Position numbers and translations under genes: made by a program
Notes under the pieces: model-generated
Databases searched by the model: none
The model's input: only the letters and a program-made list of their open reading frames with translations
What the model was told of the DNA's origin: nothing
Shown here: positions 1-13,719 of the stretch, piece after piece
Layout: each line of letters begins with the position of its first letter
Numbering within the stretch: position 1 is the stretch's first letter
Source: Phoronis australis
Lineage: Eukaryota > Animalia > Phoronida
Assembly: GCA_002633005.1 (NCBI GenBank)
Contig: NMRA01000043.1
Location: 92,737 to 156,736, forward strand
Reading direction: 5' to 3'
Length of the DNA: 64,000 nucleotides

Positions 1-1900
1 CCAGACCTAAGTGATGATTCAAATATGAAGGTCAGAACTGGGGCCAGTTCCACAGCACTGGTTTTAAGAATGAATGGGTGGATGTTATCAGGACCCATAG
101 ACTTAATGGGGTTGAGATCCCTCATTAATTTCTGAACACCATGTATAGAGATGGATGGTATTTGTCAAGTAGGATACTGTACGTCAGTGTCTCGTGGGGG
201 CATCGTGTATGAAACTCGTCGGAGATGAATTTGGGACTAAAGGTATCTTGAAATTGTTTATTGAGGAGCTCAGCTTGCTCTTTGGCCTCTGTGACAAGTC
301 TCCCACGATCTTTTAAAGTTGTAATTCCAGTATTGTCAGATCTTACAGATCTTATGTGAGACCAAAATTTATTGTTGGGTTTGCTCACATTGTTTACGTC
401 AGTATCTGTGATTAGTGATTCCATATAATCCCAGTATTTTCTTCTTAGCGACATCTGAACTATTCCTTTCAAACGTTTTAATTCGCACAGGGTGGCTGGA
501 TCTCCTGTTAATTTGAAGCCCTTATATAGTCGGTCTCTTCTCTAGATTAGGCCTTTGATTTCCAGGTCAATCCAATGGTAGCTAAGTTTGGATTTTGCCC
601 TGAGCTTCGAAATCGATATTTTGATCGACAACTATCTTCCTTATTTGTTTGAACCAGTGCCACAAAGTCTCAGTGTTAGTATTTATGTCAAAGGAAGAGG
701 CCATATCATGGGGTAGTTGTCTACATGCCAATCTAAGTTCATCCAAGTTGGCGCATTTAAAAGCATACACGTCTCGAACAGGGACACTGAGTTTTGGAGG
801 GACGAAGAGTTGTAGTTCGAGAAAGACGCAGTCGCGGGATCAGAGAGTCCTGGAAGGATCTCTATTCTAGGCACAAGGCCTGGGTAGTTTGTGATAAAAG
901 GTCTAGGATATTTTCTTCTCGTGTAGGTTCATTTACCGTTTGTTCGAGGCCATAGTCAGCCAGGGTATCTACGAACAGATTGTGTAAGCGTGGGTTTGGG
1001 GCAGCAGGCTTCAACACTTCACATTTCAGTCCCACCCTGGAAAATTTAAATCACCTTCAATTAATATAACAGCATTTTTAGTATTAGTAGCCTGAAGACT
1101 GGAGTCAGAAAATATCTGAAGACTTGTCTCGTCGTTAACATGTGGTCTATATAGCACGAGCATACCAACAGGTTGCGACGTCCTCTAAGTTGCATGCTTG
1201 CCCAGATGAGTTCGCAGTGTTCTTCAGATCGAACAAGTGAAGTATTAAGTACAACAATTAAAACACGACCTCCATCTCTGCTGCGGTCCTTTCTGAGCAC
1301 TTGGTAATTGCTGGGAAATAATTCACTAGTTTTAATGTTGTCAACCAGCCAGGTTTCGGTTCCGATTATAACATCTGGTTTGGTGCTGTCTATAATATTA
1401 GTAAGTTCTGGAGCTTTACCGACCACTGATCTAAAACTAATGTTAAGGAACCTAAGTGTACTATGGGAATTCAGATTTTGTCTCCTTAAACGTGTAGGAG
1501 TAGATGAATGTTGAGGCACAAATGGAGGTATACGTAGTTCCGTCAGAATAGTCTAGTGTAGGTTCGGCACTTCTAGAGTTACTGTAATTTGCATTTTCCG
1601 GTCGCAAACTGCGCAGTGCCGAGAGATGCTAGTATCGCCCAGTTGGTCATATTGACCATTGCTAACACAATGACAAGCTGCATGAAACCATTGACCGCAT
1701 GTTTCGCATGCAATGCCTCGCTGTTCCCAAGTGACCGACTGGTCGGAGGTACCCCATGGAAAACGTGAGCTGCTGTCACTCATGATAATGCCTATGAGTA
1801 AGACTGGCAGTAGAAACATCGCAGAAACATTTGGGTTAAAAACTAGTCCACTACCGGGGATGATAAGGCCTCGTCTGTGGTGTGCTAAGGATAATGTTTA
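1..1900 (-). mobile_element. Decayed CR1/L2-group non-LTR retrotransposon (PHD finger, APE endonuclease, pre-RT linker); runs off the window start
   Basis: Minus-strand ORF pieces in LINE order: PHD (GIACETCGQWFHAAC..CAVC, 1553-1819), endonuclease (PDVIIGTETWL, RKDRSRDGGRVLI, 1061-1519), KFWSHIRS..LNKQFQDTFS (125-472), and KSMGPDNIHPFILK near 1-120. Many stops and frameshifts; the 5' boundary is approximate. Confidence 0.88.
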
Positions 1901-2371
1901 GAGAGATCAGCAGGGCAATGACTAACGTTAGGTCTTCTCAACCGACCCTGGCCCGATCAGGGTGGGCACACACCATGTCAGTAGAATATTCCTTAAGTTA
2001 ATAACAGGGTGTTAACTGTTAGTAAGGACTGAAATCCATTATAGTTTGGTGAATGATTTACCCTGCAATGAGCATTGTGGACTAGTAGGGGGTATGATCT
2101 GAAGTCAAGGACAGACCGTGACAACTAAGGGCGGGTTTCCCGCCAAATGTGATGACGGTTATTCAAGTAGAGCATAAATAACAGTACAACCTAAAATCCT
2201 GTTACCAATGAAGTAGGCAGAACACTGGGAGTCTTTCTAGAATGATAGTCACTAAGATCGGACAACCTACAGTCCCATGTAAGTATACTAGTAATTTCAA
2301 TGATTTTAACCGTGAGATTTAAGGGGGCGCTGTATACCGTCCATGGAGTGAACATTTGATTCATACACTTA

Positions 2372-2784
2372 GGGACCGTTCATGTATTACGTCATATGTA
2401 AGTTGCAACTTTTTAACCCCTCTCATGTGTCATCACGAGTCATAACTTCCCACCCTGTCCAGTTTCTAATATTACGTTATGACAACCAGTCGCCCTCTTT
2501 AGGCAGTGATGGAGTGGGTCTGTTGTTTGTGTACCTGTTTAAAAGCTGAGCCTACTAGTGAAAAATGAAATCTTTAATGCGTGAAACGGCGGGTCCCGGT
2601 TTTGGAATTAGTCAGTTTGGTTAGAAGGTGAACCAATGCCCCAATCATACGTACTGAGGTAGAGATAGGCCTATTCTAATAAGTCACGTGATAACGTCAC
2701 CATCTCTCTAACCTAATCCCCCACCGCCCCCCNGTCATCTTTTTTAACCCTCTTTGAGTTATTACGTACTTTGTAAACGCTCCC
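2372..2784. mobile_element. MITE, PIF/Harbinger-like
   Basis: Imperfect TIRs gggaccgttcatgtattacgt / acgtactttgtaaacgctccc, flanked by TTA at 2369-2371 and 2785-2787. Confidence 0.65.
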
Positions 2785-3261
2785 TTACCAATATCAAATT
2801 GGTCTCAATTTGCTTCTTGCTCGGATCAGAAGTGAATTCTTTGTTTGTGAAGAACTGACTGTTTGTTTTTCCGCATGGCTGAGCTCGGCTCATAAAACAA
2901 CACAACTTGTAGAACATCGCCTCAAGCAATAATGGAAATACTCTCAAAATCGACTTCTTCATAGCAGTACATGTAGGTGGATGACATGAAAACTTGATTT
3001 TCCTGACGGAAGGCAGGTACTTGTCGTTTGCAGTTAACTGATTTGTTTCAGATGACAAATTGGAACAAAGAAACCGACGCGGAATTACATCTGAAAACGT
3101 CAACTTGAAATAATCAAGGGCTGGACGGAATTTGTTTTTTGTCTCAGCTCTGCGAAATGGAATATCAAGTACTCAGAAAGCAAACAATGCGCGTGGAAAA
3201 GTTGAGGTTAATGCCCGTTATTGGCAGTGCATTTGAGAGCTACAAAGTGTGAGGTCGCAAA

Positions 3262-3571
3262 ATGGTTGCGTTTAACTTAACCTGTTGTTCTGTCTTGCTG
3301 CTGTTTGGCTTTAGTGTGGGTGAGTGGTTTAAAAAAACTAATGATTATAAAGACAGCAAAAATGTCAGCGCAAGACACGATGCCGCAGGTTTCTTAGAAT
3401 GTGCAACACTGTGCTTGAAGGAGAGACATGTAGATGAAAAGTTGTGTGCGGCGATCAACTACCATCCCGAGAAAAATATATGCGAACTGTGCAACTCGTG
3501 TCCTGCGAAGCCTGTACCTGCTCCCGGGTGGTCCATCTGGACAATTTCAGATCAGCAGCTCAACATGTTTG
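3262..3571 (+). CDS. Exon 1 of PAN/Caspr-like gene (signal peptide + PAN/Apple-like domain)
   Basis: ATG at 3262, Cys pattern, GTAAGT donor at 3572. Confidence 0.8.
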
Positions 3572-5053
3572 GTAAGTAACGCAAGAAAGTGAGCTTACCC
3601 TCTATTTCAAACCCCAACTAAAAATGAGATAAAGTGAACATAATTTGGCCATGTTTGTATTTGGTGGAAAACTGGACAATTTGGTATATCTGTTAGGATG
3701 ACAAAAGCGGTGAGGGGGGGGGGAGGCGTGGCGGCCTGGCGACACTCGTGCGGACGGTGCAGTGGACAGGAGATGTCCAGCCGTCTGGTGAGTATGACTT
3801 GACAACCACGATGTTTCTAAAAATCTTACGTTGGTTCGTTTGTGTGACTTTTGAAGAGGTAGAGACCTTCACTGAAATTTATGCACGCGAGCGCAGCTTT
3901 CAAAATTCGCCAAGTCTGGTTGAGACGGGAATCAACCATGGTTTTCTTCGGGAACACCTTTTCAAAAATCGTGTTTTCTCTGACGAAGTTGACCGTCATG
4001 TCCAACGTCTGGCAGTGACGAGCAAAACTTCGAATTGTATGGTGACTTCAGCCAGCGTCTATCATGACTACGGAATCTTTTAAACAAGTGTGCGATACTT
4101 AATTTCATGATGGCGATGCTTACATCATCAAAAGAAAGTAATGAAAAGCAGATTTAACATTTAAAGCTTATTAAAGACGTCTTTGTGAAAAAGTGAATCA
4201 TCCATTTTGTGACTTTCGGTTCTAATTAGTGTTTTTGTTGAAGCCGGATTCTCTCGCTGTAGGACCGGGACCAACGTCCCAAGATACATAACAAATTTTT
4301 CGAGACTCGGTTCGAAAACGATCGATTTTACTAGCAATTTTGCAACGTCAGATGGTGGTTCGTGTCACCCAATATCATTTGACAACAAATAATACATACA
4401 ATTGTTATTTTGTTGTACAACTATGAACTGTATTCATTCTTGTTTTACGTCTAGCTTCCTGCGAAGATTGGAAGAAAATGGGCTGTAGTGATGATGGGGA
4501 GTATACTGTTGACCCGGATGGACGAGGTGGCCTGCCGGAATTTACTGTAGAATGCAAAATGAATGGACCGTCAGAAGCATCCGAGACCATAATTCATCAC
4601 GACCGTGAGGAGAGGGCTGATGCCGGCAATTGTGAATGTGCGGTTTGCTGCGTCGTTCTCGTAACGTATACGGTTACCATTGAACAAATTGTTTCGGTAA
4701 TTAATGCGTCAACACGTTGCGAACAATTTATTTCATACGACTGCAATGGTGGCTCTTTCTATTTATACAACTTCCCCAACCAAGCGAACGGTTTCTATTC
4801 ACGAGATGGAGTGTTGCAAGATTATTGGGGCGGAGCTGTGGCAGGAAGTAAAAGTTGCGCATGCGGCATGAACAACACTTGTGTCGGTACCGCGAAATGC
4901 AACTGTGATGCAAGTGTCACCGAGTGGCTCTCGGATTATGGGCTTATTACTGATAAAAACATCCTTCCCGTAACTAAAATGGGGTTTGGAGATTTGGGCG
5001 ATGTCGATGAAAAGGGGAAATACCAACTTGGGCCACTGAGATGTTTTCCTTAA
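3262..5053 (+). CDS. Secreted protein, ~302 aa: signal peptide + PAN/Apple-like domain + contactin-associated protein (Caspr/neurexin-IV)-type fibrinogen-like domain; join(3262..3571,4455..5053)
   Basis: The phase-1 donor G|GTAAGT at 3571 and phase-1 acceptor CTAG|CT at 4455 give 909 nt in frame. Hydrophobic N-terminus; ECATLCLKE..CAAINY..CELC; SCE..GEYTVDPDG, CEQFISYDC, YWGG..CACG..CNCDA, LPVT..FGD..LGPLRC. Confidence 0.85.
4455..5053 (+). CDS. Exon 2 of PAN/Caspr-like gene (Caspr-type fibrinogen-like domain)
   Basis: Pyrimidine tract + AG at 4453-4454; open frame to TAA at 5053; CNTNAP-type motifs. Confidence 0.9.
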
Positions 5054-8000
5054 AATTGAGTTGGACCGTATTAACAACTCAACGGTTCGGAGTGTGTCTG
5101 ACATTGAATTCCATGCCAGCATATTAAGCCATTATGTGTAAAGCCTCCTTGTAAACATTACCGATATAGATGCAGTTTAAAAAAATAATCTTTCTGGCGC
5201 TCATGTTTAGTCCGGTTTCTATCTCAACGCACATTCTGGGCTCGTCCTTTCATGGATCCACAGAGGGTTATTAAGCAATTATCTCAAGTTCTCAGCCAAG
5301 ACCGTGGTTACAGAGTCGAATTGGGACAGTTGGATACTGATATCAGGGTTTTCAAAGACCTACTCTCCGTGACCTTGCATGTTATCGACCAGTCTTTGTA
5401 TTTAGTCAAATAGCTACCAAAGTAGATTTTAATACTCTAAAAAGTATACATTTTTGAGAAAAGAAAGTCTGCAAAATTTAATTTTTGATAATTTTACCAG
5501 CCTGTCAATAATTAAGACACGTGGCCATATCTTTTTAATTAAATTTAGCGAAAAAGAAAAAGTGCGTGGGTAGCAAAGCAACGGTAGCAACAACCTGACC
5601 AAATTTCTTTTAGTATTAATGTTCAAGATGAAATGTCAACAGCCCTGATACAATTTTCAAAATTAAATTTTGTTTTCGTTTCAGTTTCAAACTCGTAAAA
5701 AAACCTTAAAAGTCTTATTTTTGATAGCCTTTCATGCGTTGCGGAGAACTATACATAAATCAATGTGTATGAAAGTTTTATATAAATCCGATCGGACATT
5801 TGTAAGACATGATGTCCCACTTGAATTCTGCTGATCGTCAACAAACTTCTATGTATGAACTTTACGGTAGAGTTGCCGTTACGTACCTCTTAAGGTGGCT
5901 ATTTTGGGGGTCCCTCAGAAAAACGTGCATTTGATTGAGAGCACAACTATAACGCTGACCTCACCTTCTTCCTACTAACTCGGCTGAGAAGTGGTTTCTG
6001 GCATTTTCACGAAAGATGTCGCTCTAGTCGGTTGGCTTTCCTTACATGTAGTAAATGGGTTTCTGGGCTTGAGAAGAACTGATAAGCGTATTTGCTTGAG
6101 AGCATGCCCGTGCTTAAACTTTTCCCGCTGTTAGCAATTGCGTGTCGTTGAATTCGTACTACTTCCTCAAGTAGTCATTAATCGTCTATATTATAACTAT
6201 TTGCTTCTCTCACGTGTATAAATGTTGTTCATGCTATTTTATTTCAAGAACCAGTTTTCTGCACTGAACAACGGGCATTAAACTGGTTCTCAAAATACGG
6301 ACACCTTATATCAGACTATTGCCGAAAAAACAGCAGGATTATTTTGTGCGATGGTTAGACTTATGTGTATAGTGGTCAGGGCTTATCTGTATCGTGCCAG
6401 AAGTACCATTGGTCTCGAGTAAGCTATGCGGAGCTGTATTACAGTTAATCGTCAAATGACGACTCTTTGTACTTAACGTAAAGCGCTGAGAAAAAGTTGA
6501 CCTAATAAATTTTACTTCAGATGGCGACTTTTACTCTATCTATTTGTTTATTTCATGGGCGGTTTACCTAGTGTTGCCGCCATTTTGAATCTGGAGAATT
6601 TGTTCACTTGCTCCAGCCTTTCGAAGATTTGGCATCAGGAATCTACCCATAACGCACTTGGGAATGCTGCAATATAAGGATAACCGGTGCGGAACCTGAA
6701 TGTCTCCTTCCCAGCCTCGCCCGACGGTAAAGAATGGTTTAAGATCATTGATATGTCGTTCAATAAACTGCGTCACTACTGCCTCCACTTTCGCCTCCTG
6801 ATTGTGCCGCCGTCGTTGAAAATTCGCTGATTTCAAAGCTGCTCCCGCTCACCACCAGCTCCGTGCCCAGACGCTGCTAAGTTTGAAGCTCCCCTGGTGA
6901 CCGCAAGGTTTGTCCTGGGGCGCTGCAAATTAGTGAAAGCAAGTAGCGCATGCTCCCCTCGACGTGAACCCTGTTGGGCACTGACTGAACAGGTGTCTAT
7001 TCAGTATGAATGTCTTTCCTACTGCTGCTTTCTGTTGCTGCTATCGGTTATGCAACGCTAACTGTGTACAGTGTGTAGGTGAAAAACAAAACAAAGGTTT
7101 TCACACGAAAGGTGGCGCTGCATTCCATGTTGTTGGGTTTGTTCTGCAGACGAACATTAGCCCTGCGAATGTACTTTCTTAACGATTGCCGTGGTTGAGT
7201 AGTGAAAGTGCCACTAAGCTAAACCATCTATGTCATGCGCATTAATGTCAGTTACATAATGAATGTATTAAAAATGAGATTCATGTAATGAATAGTTCTT
7301 GTTTCTTAGAAAAATTTGGCAGCGGCCTGTCGTCCGCAAGACTGGGCATATATTAACTAATTAAAATAACGCGACTGTATTTCGAGACAGGTCGTGTCAC
7401 GCCTTCATGTGCGGCAGGCATATAAAACCTTGAAATATCAATCAGCGACCAAAGAGTGTATGATCGCCAAAAGCAGCGTTTTGAAATACAAACGAACCAG
7501 GAAAACATTGACAAATCTATTAGTGACCCTTTTTTCCTCATCAAAATTCTAGTTGGATTTGGAGAAACGGTCTCACTAAAACTTTCCGCAAGTTCTTTAC
7601 TCAAATTAAGAGTGTTTTCTGGGCGTTGGGAAGCCTGGCATTCGTTTAGCTTGACCAACTGAGACAGTAAGTCGGCTTGTCACAACGAGCTCTGCGTGGA
7701 GCCCGGTCTCAAGCAATGACGATCTGACAATTTGCCAAAGATCAAAAATCACATCTAATGTAGTAAAGAACACCGTTGGTAAGATCATTTTTGTTGCTTC
7801 AAATTTAGTGCTCTGACGGAGGTTTCATAGTCTCTTTATAGTGAATTCAGTTTGTTTACCCACAAGTCAGTAGAGAATGAAATATCAATAACTTGGACTC
7901 GTGACCGCATTTCAATTGGTTTTGCTCCAGAAAAAAATCAACGATCTACTTTTTCAGCGAGTTTTATCTATTCAACTTTATTCAGGGCAATGTCTACTCT

Positions 8001-8893
8001 CCGCATTTCATACTAGTTTTAGCTATGCATAGTAATTGTTCCGCAACATTATGGAATAGGTGGCTAGAAGGAAGTAATTCGCCGAGTGGTTGCGCGTGAG
8101 CGTTTAATAGCTTTAGCATTTGTTCACTTCCACGTGGACCTTTGTCGATGGCCCGGTCGATAGTTATTGACGTCGAATTGCAGGTCGTATTCGTGTGAAA
8201 GTACACTTTTGAAAATTTTATATAATGCGTGTAATTATAAAATTACATGAAGTGGCTTTCTTGTCTCTTCAATTTGTCTGACGTCAGTTATTTTGTACCT
8301 TGTGAATCAAGGGCCATTTGCTCACTGATATTGCAGAATAGATTTCTACAAGGCTTGCCCTTGAGAATTTAATTACATTTACTCTAATTTATGATAACGA
8401 GTCGAAATATCCGCATTTGTTTACTTTCTGCCTTTTTTATTGTCAACGTTTGTTGATGGCCCGATCGATAGTTTTTGCCGTCGAATTTGTTTCATATATC
8501 CGTGTGAACTTCCACACGTGAACCGTAGTGTAAACATACACGTACTGAATTTTAAAAATGTGTTCAATGATCCTCCATGCATACAATGTATTTATTCTAC
8601 CAACATCCACGTGCGTATTTAGGACATGCACTTGCACGTGAAGGTGGGCTTATCCACAGCGTCTGAGGCTCGTTCGCCTATTTACACTGAAAACTGTCCA
8701 GTAAATCCCAGGAGCACTAAACCCACACTTTCTGTCAACAAATTTCGATTGATGCCACCCATTGTTACAGAGCTGGTCTCGTTAGATTGATATTGATTTT
8801 TAAGTTTGATAAGATTCAATTGAAATGGTTGCAACGTATTAAGTCCCCTTATCTGCCTTTCTGCTATTGTGTCGGTAAATAAACCTTAACGTG

Positions 8894-9045
8894 TGTTGCG
8901 ATAAGTGATTTTGTGTATGCAAAATCAGCATTTACATGTAGAGTAGAGCTTTTAAGTTCTAAACTTGACCTTTGAGGACGTAACAAAGTATGTAGGCGAG
9001 TGCCATCTATTGGAACCTAAATAAACTAACTAATATCGCTTGACA
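8894..9045 (-). repeat. 3' LTR of Gypsy element
   Basis: TG..CA ends, adjacent to the polypurine tract, direct repeat of 12955-13120. Confidence 0.9.
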
Positions 9046-12000
9046 TCCTCCCCGCTTTAAGGCAGTTACAAAAATATAAATGCAAAAACGTAAAGTCCTT
9101 AAACACTTAGGTCCATGTAGTCAGAATCCACTTAGTGTACATAGTCACTGAGGTATGATGGACTTTCTTTTATCGCGAGTACTTTGTCTTGGTTCCATGT
9201 CCGTGGTACGATGATCACCAGCAGGAGATGGTGGGCTTCCACCACTCACAGCAGGGTCGGTCTCGGGTTTAGTCGGGACCATTGGTTCATAAGCCGACGG
9301 TTTAGCGGTGGTATCGGGTGATCCGTTTAGCAGGGATGGTTCTTATGGTGGAATGATGACATCTGGTTTTCTTATTTGGTGAAAGTTAACACTCGTCGGT
9401 CTCATTTGCACACGGTTTCGGCGACGGATATGAACCATTGTTCAGTCCTTGCACAACATAGGTGCGGTTACCAAGCTTCTCCACAAATCTTCCTAGGGTT
9501 CATTGATTTCCTTCACGCAGCTCGAAGTTGACAGTTTGACCTTTTGGTAGCTCCGGAAGATTTTTTGATTTCCTGGCATACCATGTTTTTACAGCTTGCT
9601 TGTGCTTCAGTCTTTTGTCAGCTGAGAGACAATTTCGTCCTGTGGTGGTTGTTTCCGCACGAAACGAGGCACGAGTGCGGGTTGTTCTCGTAAACATCAT
9701 CTGCGCAGGACTCAGACCAGTATCCTCACGTGGTGTGTTTCTTTTCTCCAGCAGGGCAATGTTCGGATCTGTTCCATCTTTCAGCGCCTTTAGCATTAAG
9801 TATTTAATGACCTTCACAGCTGCTTCAGCTTTTCCATTAGCGGAGTGGTGTCCTGGAGATGACGTCACATGTGTAATCCCTCACGTAGTAGTAAAGTTGG
9901 CAAATTCACGAGAAGTGAACTGCGCTCCACAATCAGTTACAAGCGTTGTTGGGATACCGTATCGGGCGAAATATTTCTTTAAACATCCAATCACTTTCGT
10001 GGTAGTAATAGTCTCAAGCTAGTCGATCAACCTCAATGAAGTTGGAATAGTGATCGATAACAACAATGTATTGTAGTCCATTAATTTCAAAGAGGTCACT
10101 CGATACCTTTTCGTATGGTGTCTTTCCGTCACTCTGTAGTCGTAATGATTCGGGTTGGTTGCGAGGTCAAAGTTCTTGGCACGGAGCACAGGATTCAACA
10201 TGCTTCTTGATGTCCTCCGCCATCCTGGGCCAGTATACCAATGACCTAGCACGACGTAACATGCTGTTGTAGCCAAGATGAGCAGAGTCTAGGCGAGCTT
10301 TTATGTCGTTACGCAGCTGACCGGGAATCACAATCCCTTCACCATTTAGGATGATTCTAGCTTTACATGAGAGGATGTCGCGCATACTGTGGTATGTCTT
10401 CAGCTCAGCAGGCATGGAGTGTTTATTAGGTCACCCATTCAAAATATACCACCTTAAAATGGACATCAGGGGATTGTCATCGGTTGCCTTCTTCACTTCC
10501 TGAAGACGCGCGTCTGAGATGTCCGGGAAGTAGTCAATGTTCAAGGTTTCTTCAGAGTCAATAGCACTCTGGAATGCACTGTTAAGTGTGTCAGCAATGT
10601 ACAGTTTGGACTCTTTAACAAACTGAAATTCAACATCGTAGCGGTACAGTTTCATCAGTAGACTTTGGAGACGCTTTGGAGCTTGGCTCAGGGGTCTCTT
10701 CAATATGGCTAACAGAGGACGATGATAGTTCTGTATGATGATTTTCCTTTCATAGGTGTAATGATCAAAGCGTTTTAAGCCGAATACAACAGAGAGAAGT
10801 TCCTTCTCTATCCGGGCCCAGTTTCTCTCAGGTTGGGTTAACGAGCGAGACGAATATTCAACTGGATGCCCTTTTTGGAGGAGAACAGCACCCACACCAT
10901 CTTTGCTGCTATCAGCTTGGGCAATGGTTTCCTTATCTTTGTCGAAGTAAGCGAGATCAAGAGTTTGTGTCAGCTTAGCTTTCACCACATGCAAAGCAGC
11001 GTCACAGTCAGGGGATCAGTTCCACGTAGAGTCATTTCTTGTCAGAGCACGCAAAGGTTCTAAGTCAGTAAACAAACCAGGTAGAAATCGAGAGAAGTAT
11101 TGCACCATTCCACACAGGCGCTTCACACCTTGGACATCAGTGGGCGGCGGCATATGCAAAATAGAAGCTTTAATACCCATGTCAGTGAAGAGATGTCCGT
11201 GGAAGGTTATTTTAGATTTCTGGATTTCTTTCTTGTCTTGGTGTAAGACGATGTGTCTCTGTTCACAGCGTTCAAAGAGTTGTCTCAGCTTAGCATCATG
11301 ATTTTTTGTTGCTTCGGTCTTAGTCTGACCGCATCCAATTACAACTGTCATCCGCAATTGTGAATACTCCTTCTAATCCACTCAGGGCTTTAGTAAGTCC
11401 ACGTTGAAATACTTCACTGCACACGTTAAGTCCAAATGGGAGTCTTGCTCATCGGAAACGTCTGAAAGGGGTTACCATCGTAGTAAGTTCTGATGACTCT
11501 CTCTCCAATCGTACATGCAAGAATGCGTTCTGCACAACCAGTTTCGAAAACACCTTATCCTGTGTCACCATAGGCAGTACGTCGTCCACTGTAGGAAGTT
11601 TGTAGGGCTCTCTAAGCAATGCCTAGTTCATGGGTTTAGGATCTATGCACAGCTGCAGTTTGCCGTTAGGTTTATCAACAGCAGTCATCTGTCTGAACCA
11701 ATCAGTAGGTTCTGTTACGGGTACCAAGACTCCACGGGTAACAGAATCCCACAATGCAACAGGTACATTTCTGCAGGGCAAAGCACGAGGTTTGTTATCT
11801 TTGGTCACCGAGAGATGGCCCTCACTCAGGTCACCGAGACGCATTGTTTCTTTCCATACTTGAGATATGAAGTGGTGGTCATTAACTGTGATCAAATTCA
11901 TGTCGAGCACTGTTCTGAGTCACAGTATACAGCGCTTGTCATCAGGTACGACTAAAAAATCACATTTTGGGTTTGGTTAATGCACTCATTCAATACCGAC

Positions 12001-12954
12001 AGAGTGGTTTCACCAACTGGCGTTACGCGTGTGCCATTCCACATCCCGAGTTTACAGGTCGTTTGTCTAATATCGTCAGGGACTACAAATCGTTAGCCAA
12101 TGATATTGATGTCAGCACCAGTATCTAGCAAGAAATGTACAGGGTTGCCGTTTACCATGAGTTTGGCTGTGATGCGAGGCTTTTTGTCTCCAGTTACAGT
12201 GAGCAGATAGCCATCGTCACTCTCATCAGCGACAACGTTGTGAACCTTACTGTCAGTGGGGCATTTCGACGCAAAATGATTTTGTTTGTTACAGTTAGAG
12301 CACGTTTTGACCCAGGCTGGACAATCTGCTTTTCGCATACGATGCATCAAACCACAGAATTTGCAGACCATAGGCGCCGACGTGGCTGAAGGTTTGTGTG
12401 CAGGTTTTCTGGTGGTAGTTACCCGTGTTACCACAGGTTGAAGATGTAACGCCTTCACTTGTTCAGCTGCAGTTTCCGCTGCTTTACAGATAGGTATACA
12501 TTTCTCCAGGGTTAGATTTGGCTCACGCAGTAGTCGTCGTAGTGGGCTCTTCAGCGTCAAACTGAAAACCATTGTAGATCTTAAGTCCATCATCACCCAC
12601 AGCATGTAATAGCAGAGCCACTTATAGGGTCGAGGATGTGCACTTAACTATGACATGATGCAATAGTTCTCCCACTTTTGTTTGAAAAGTTTCCAGTTAT
12701 CCTTCGCGGACGGGTCTGATAGGTCTGGGGCAGATGGATGATTCACGACAGAGACTGGTTTAGATGGCCTTGTGAACGTTGGGGATCTATAGTACAATTA
12801 ACAGGCACAGAAAGAGAACCGTACGGTAGACTCTCCTGGCAGTTAACACGCTGTCAGCAGTAACTTGTCAGACTGTGACAAACTTCAGACAGTAAACACA
12901 AAATGTCCCCAAAGGGCTCTATGTAAGGTTATTTATCCATATACGTTGCCACCG

Positions 12955-13120
12955 TGTTGCGATAAGTTATTTTGTGTATGCAAAATCAGCATTTATAGTA
13001 GAGCTTTTTAAGTTCTAAACGTGACCTTTATTGATGACGTAACAGACAGACAAAGTATGTGGGCGAGCGTCATCTATTGGATACTAAATAAACTAAATGA
13101 GCTTAAGCCATCACTCAGCA
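12955..13120 (-). repeat. 5' LTR of Gypsy element
   Basis: Direct repeat of 8894-9045; decayed PBS-like cggtggcaac follows on the minus strand; TSD adjacent. Confidence 0.85.
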
Positions 13121-13719
13121 ACGTGTAAAATCTGTACGATGAACCAGCTTCAGATCTTAGAGAACAAAGAAATCAATATTAATCTAACGAGACCAGCTTT
13201 GTAACAATGGGTGGCCTCAATCGAAATTTGTTGACAGAAAGTGCGTGTTTAGTGCTCTTGGGATTTAGTGAACAGTTTTCAGTGTAAATAGGCGAACGAG
13301 CCTCAGACGCTGTGGATATAAGCGCACCTTCACGTGCAAGCGCATTTCCTAAATACGCACAACTTGGGAAGACGCAATGAATAACCCTAGACCAGGCCCG
13401 TACATTGTAGAGATATGCTTTTTTAACCGTGTGGTTTCCCTTGTATCCACAATCCTTGTGTAGAAAGCATTGTAAAATAATTTAATTAATACGTTTTTAA
13501 TAATCTTGCATTGTATTAGTGTGGACGATAGTTTCGTTTAATCGATTTATTCTTGAGGTGACGGTTATCTACAAACGATAAATACAGTTTGTCAGACAAC
13601 AGAACCAAACAATGTTCTCAAAATGTTAGGCCTAACCAATAGTCAATACGGGACTCGAACCCGCATTAGACAAAACCACCACAAAGCAGCCGTTACATTT
13701 CAACAATTAAAAAAAACAA

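Larger units (their letters stand above)
8894..13120 (-). mobile_element. Full-length decayed Ty3/Gypsy LTR retrotransposon
   Basis: LTRs at 8894-9045 and 12955-13120; 5-bp TSD ACGTG (8889-8893, 13121-13125); polypurine tract 9046-9055. Gag Zn knuckles (CKFCG..H..C, CSNCNKQNHFASKC), protease FLLDTGAD, RT, RNase H (ADSSKDGVGAVLLQ, EKELL), integrase (HLG..YWP..C..C, SANGKAE). Many frameshifts. Confidence 0.95.
8611..13360. mobile_element. Long-TIR (foldback/MITE-like) element split by a Gypsy insertion; arms ~8611-8800 and ~13167-13360
   Basis: gtgcgtatttaggacatgcacttgcacgtgaaggtgg..ctcgttagattgatattgattt is the near-exact reverse complement of 13167-13360. No TSD recognised. Confidence 0.85.

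Noticed and set aside
3697-3788. Possible middle exon of the PAN/Caspr gene (AG at 3695-3696, GTGAGT at 3789)
   Set aside because: It has immediate in-frame stops in the required phase, and exons 1 and 2 join in frame without it.
6564-7790. Short ORFs in a CpG-rich stretch as a gene or GK exon 1
   Set aside because: No recognisable domain, no DQGT motif and no consistent splice structure.
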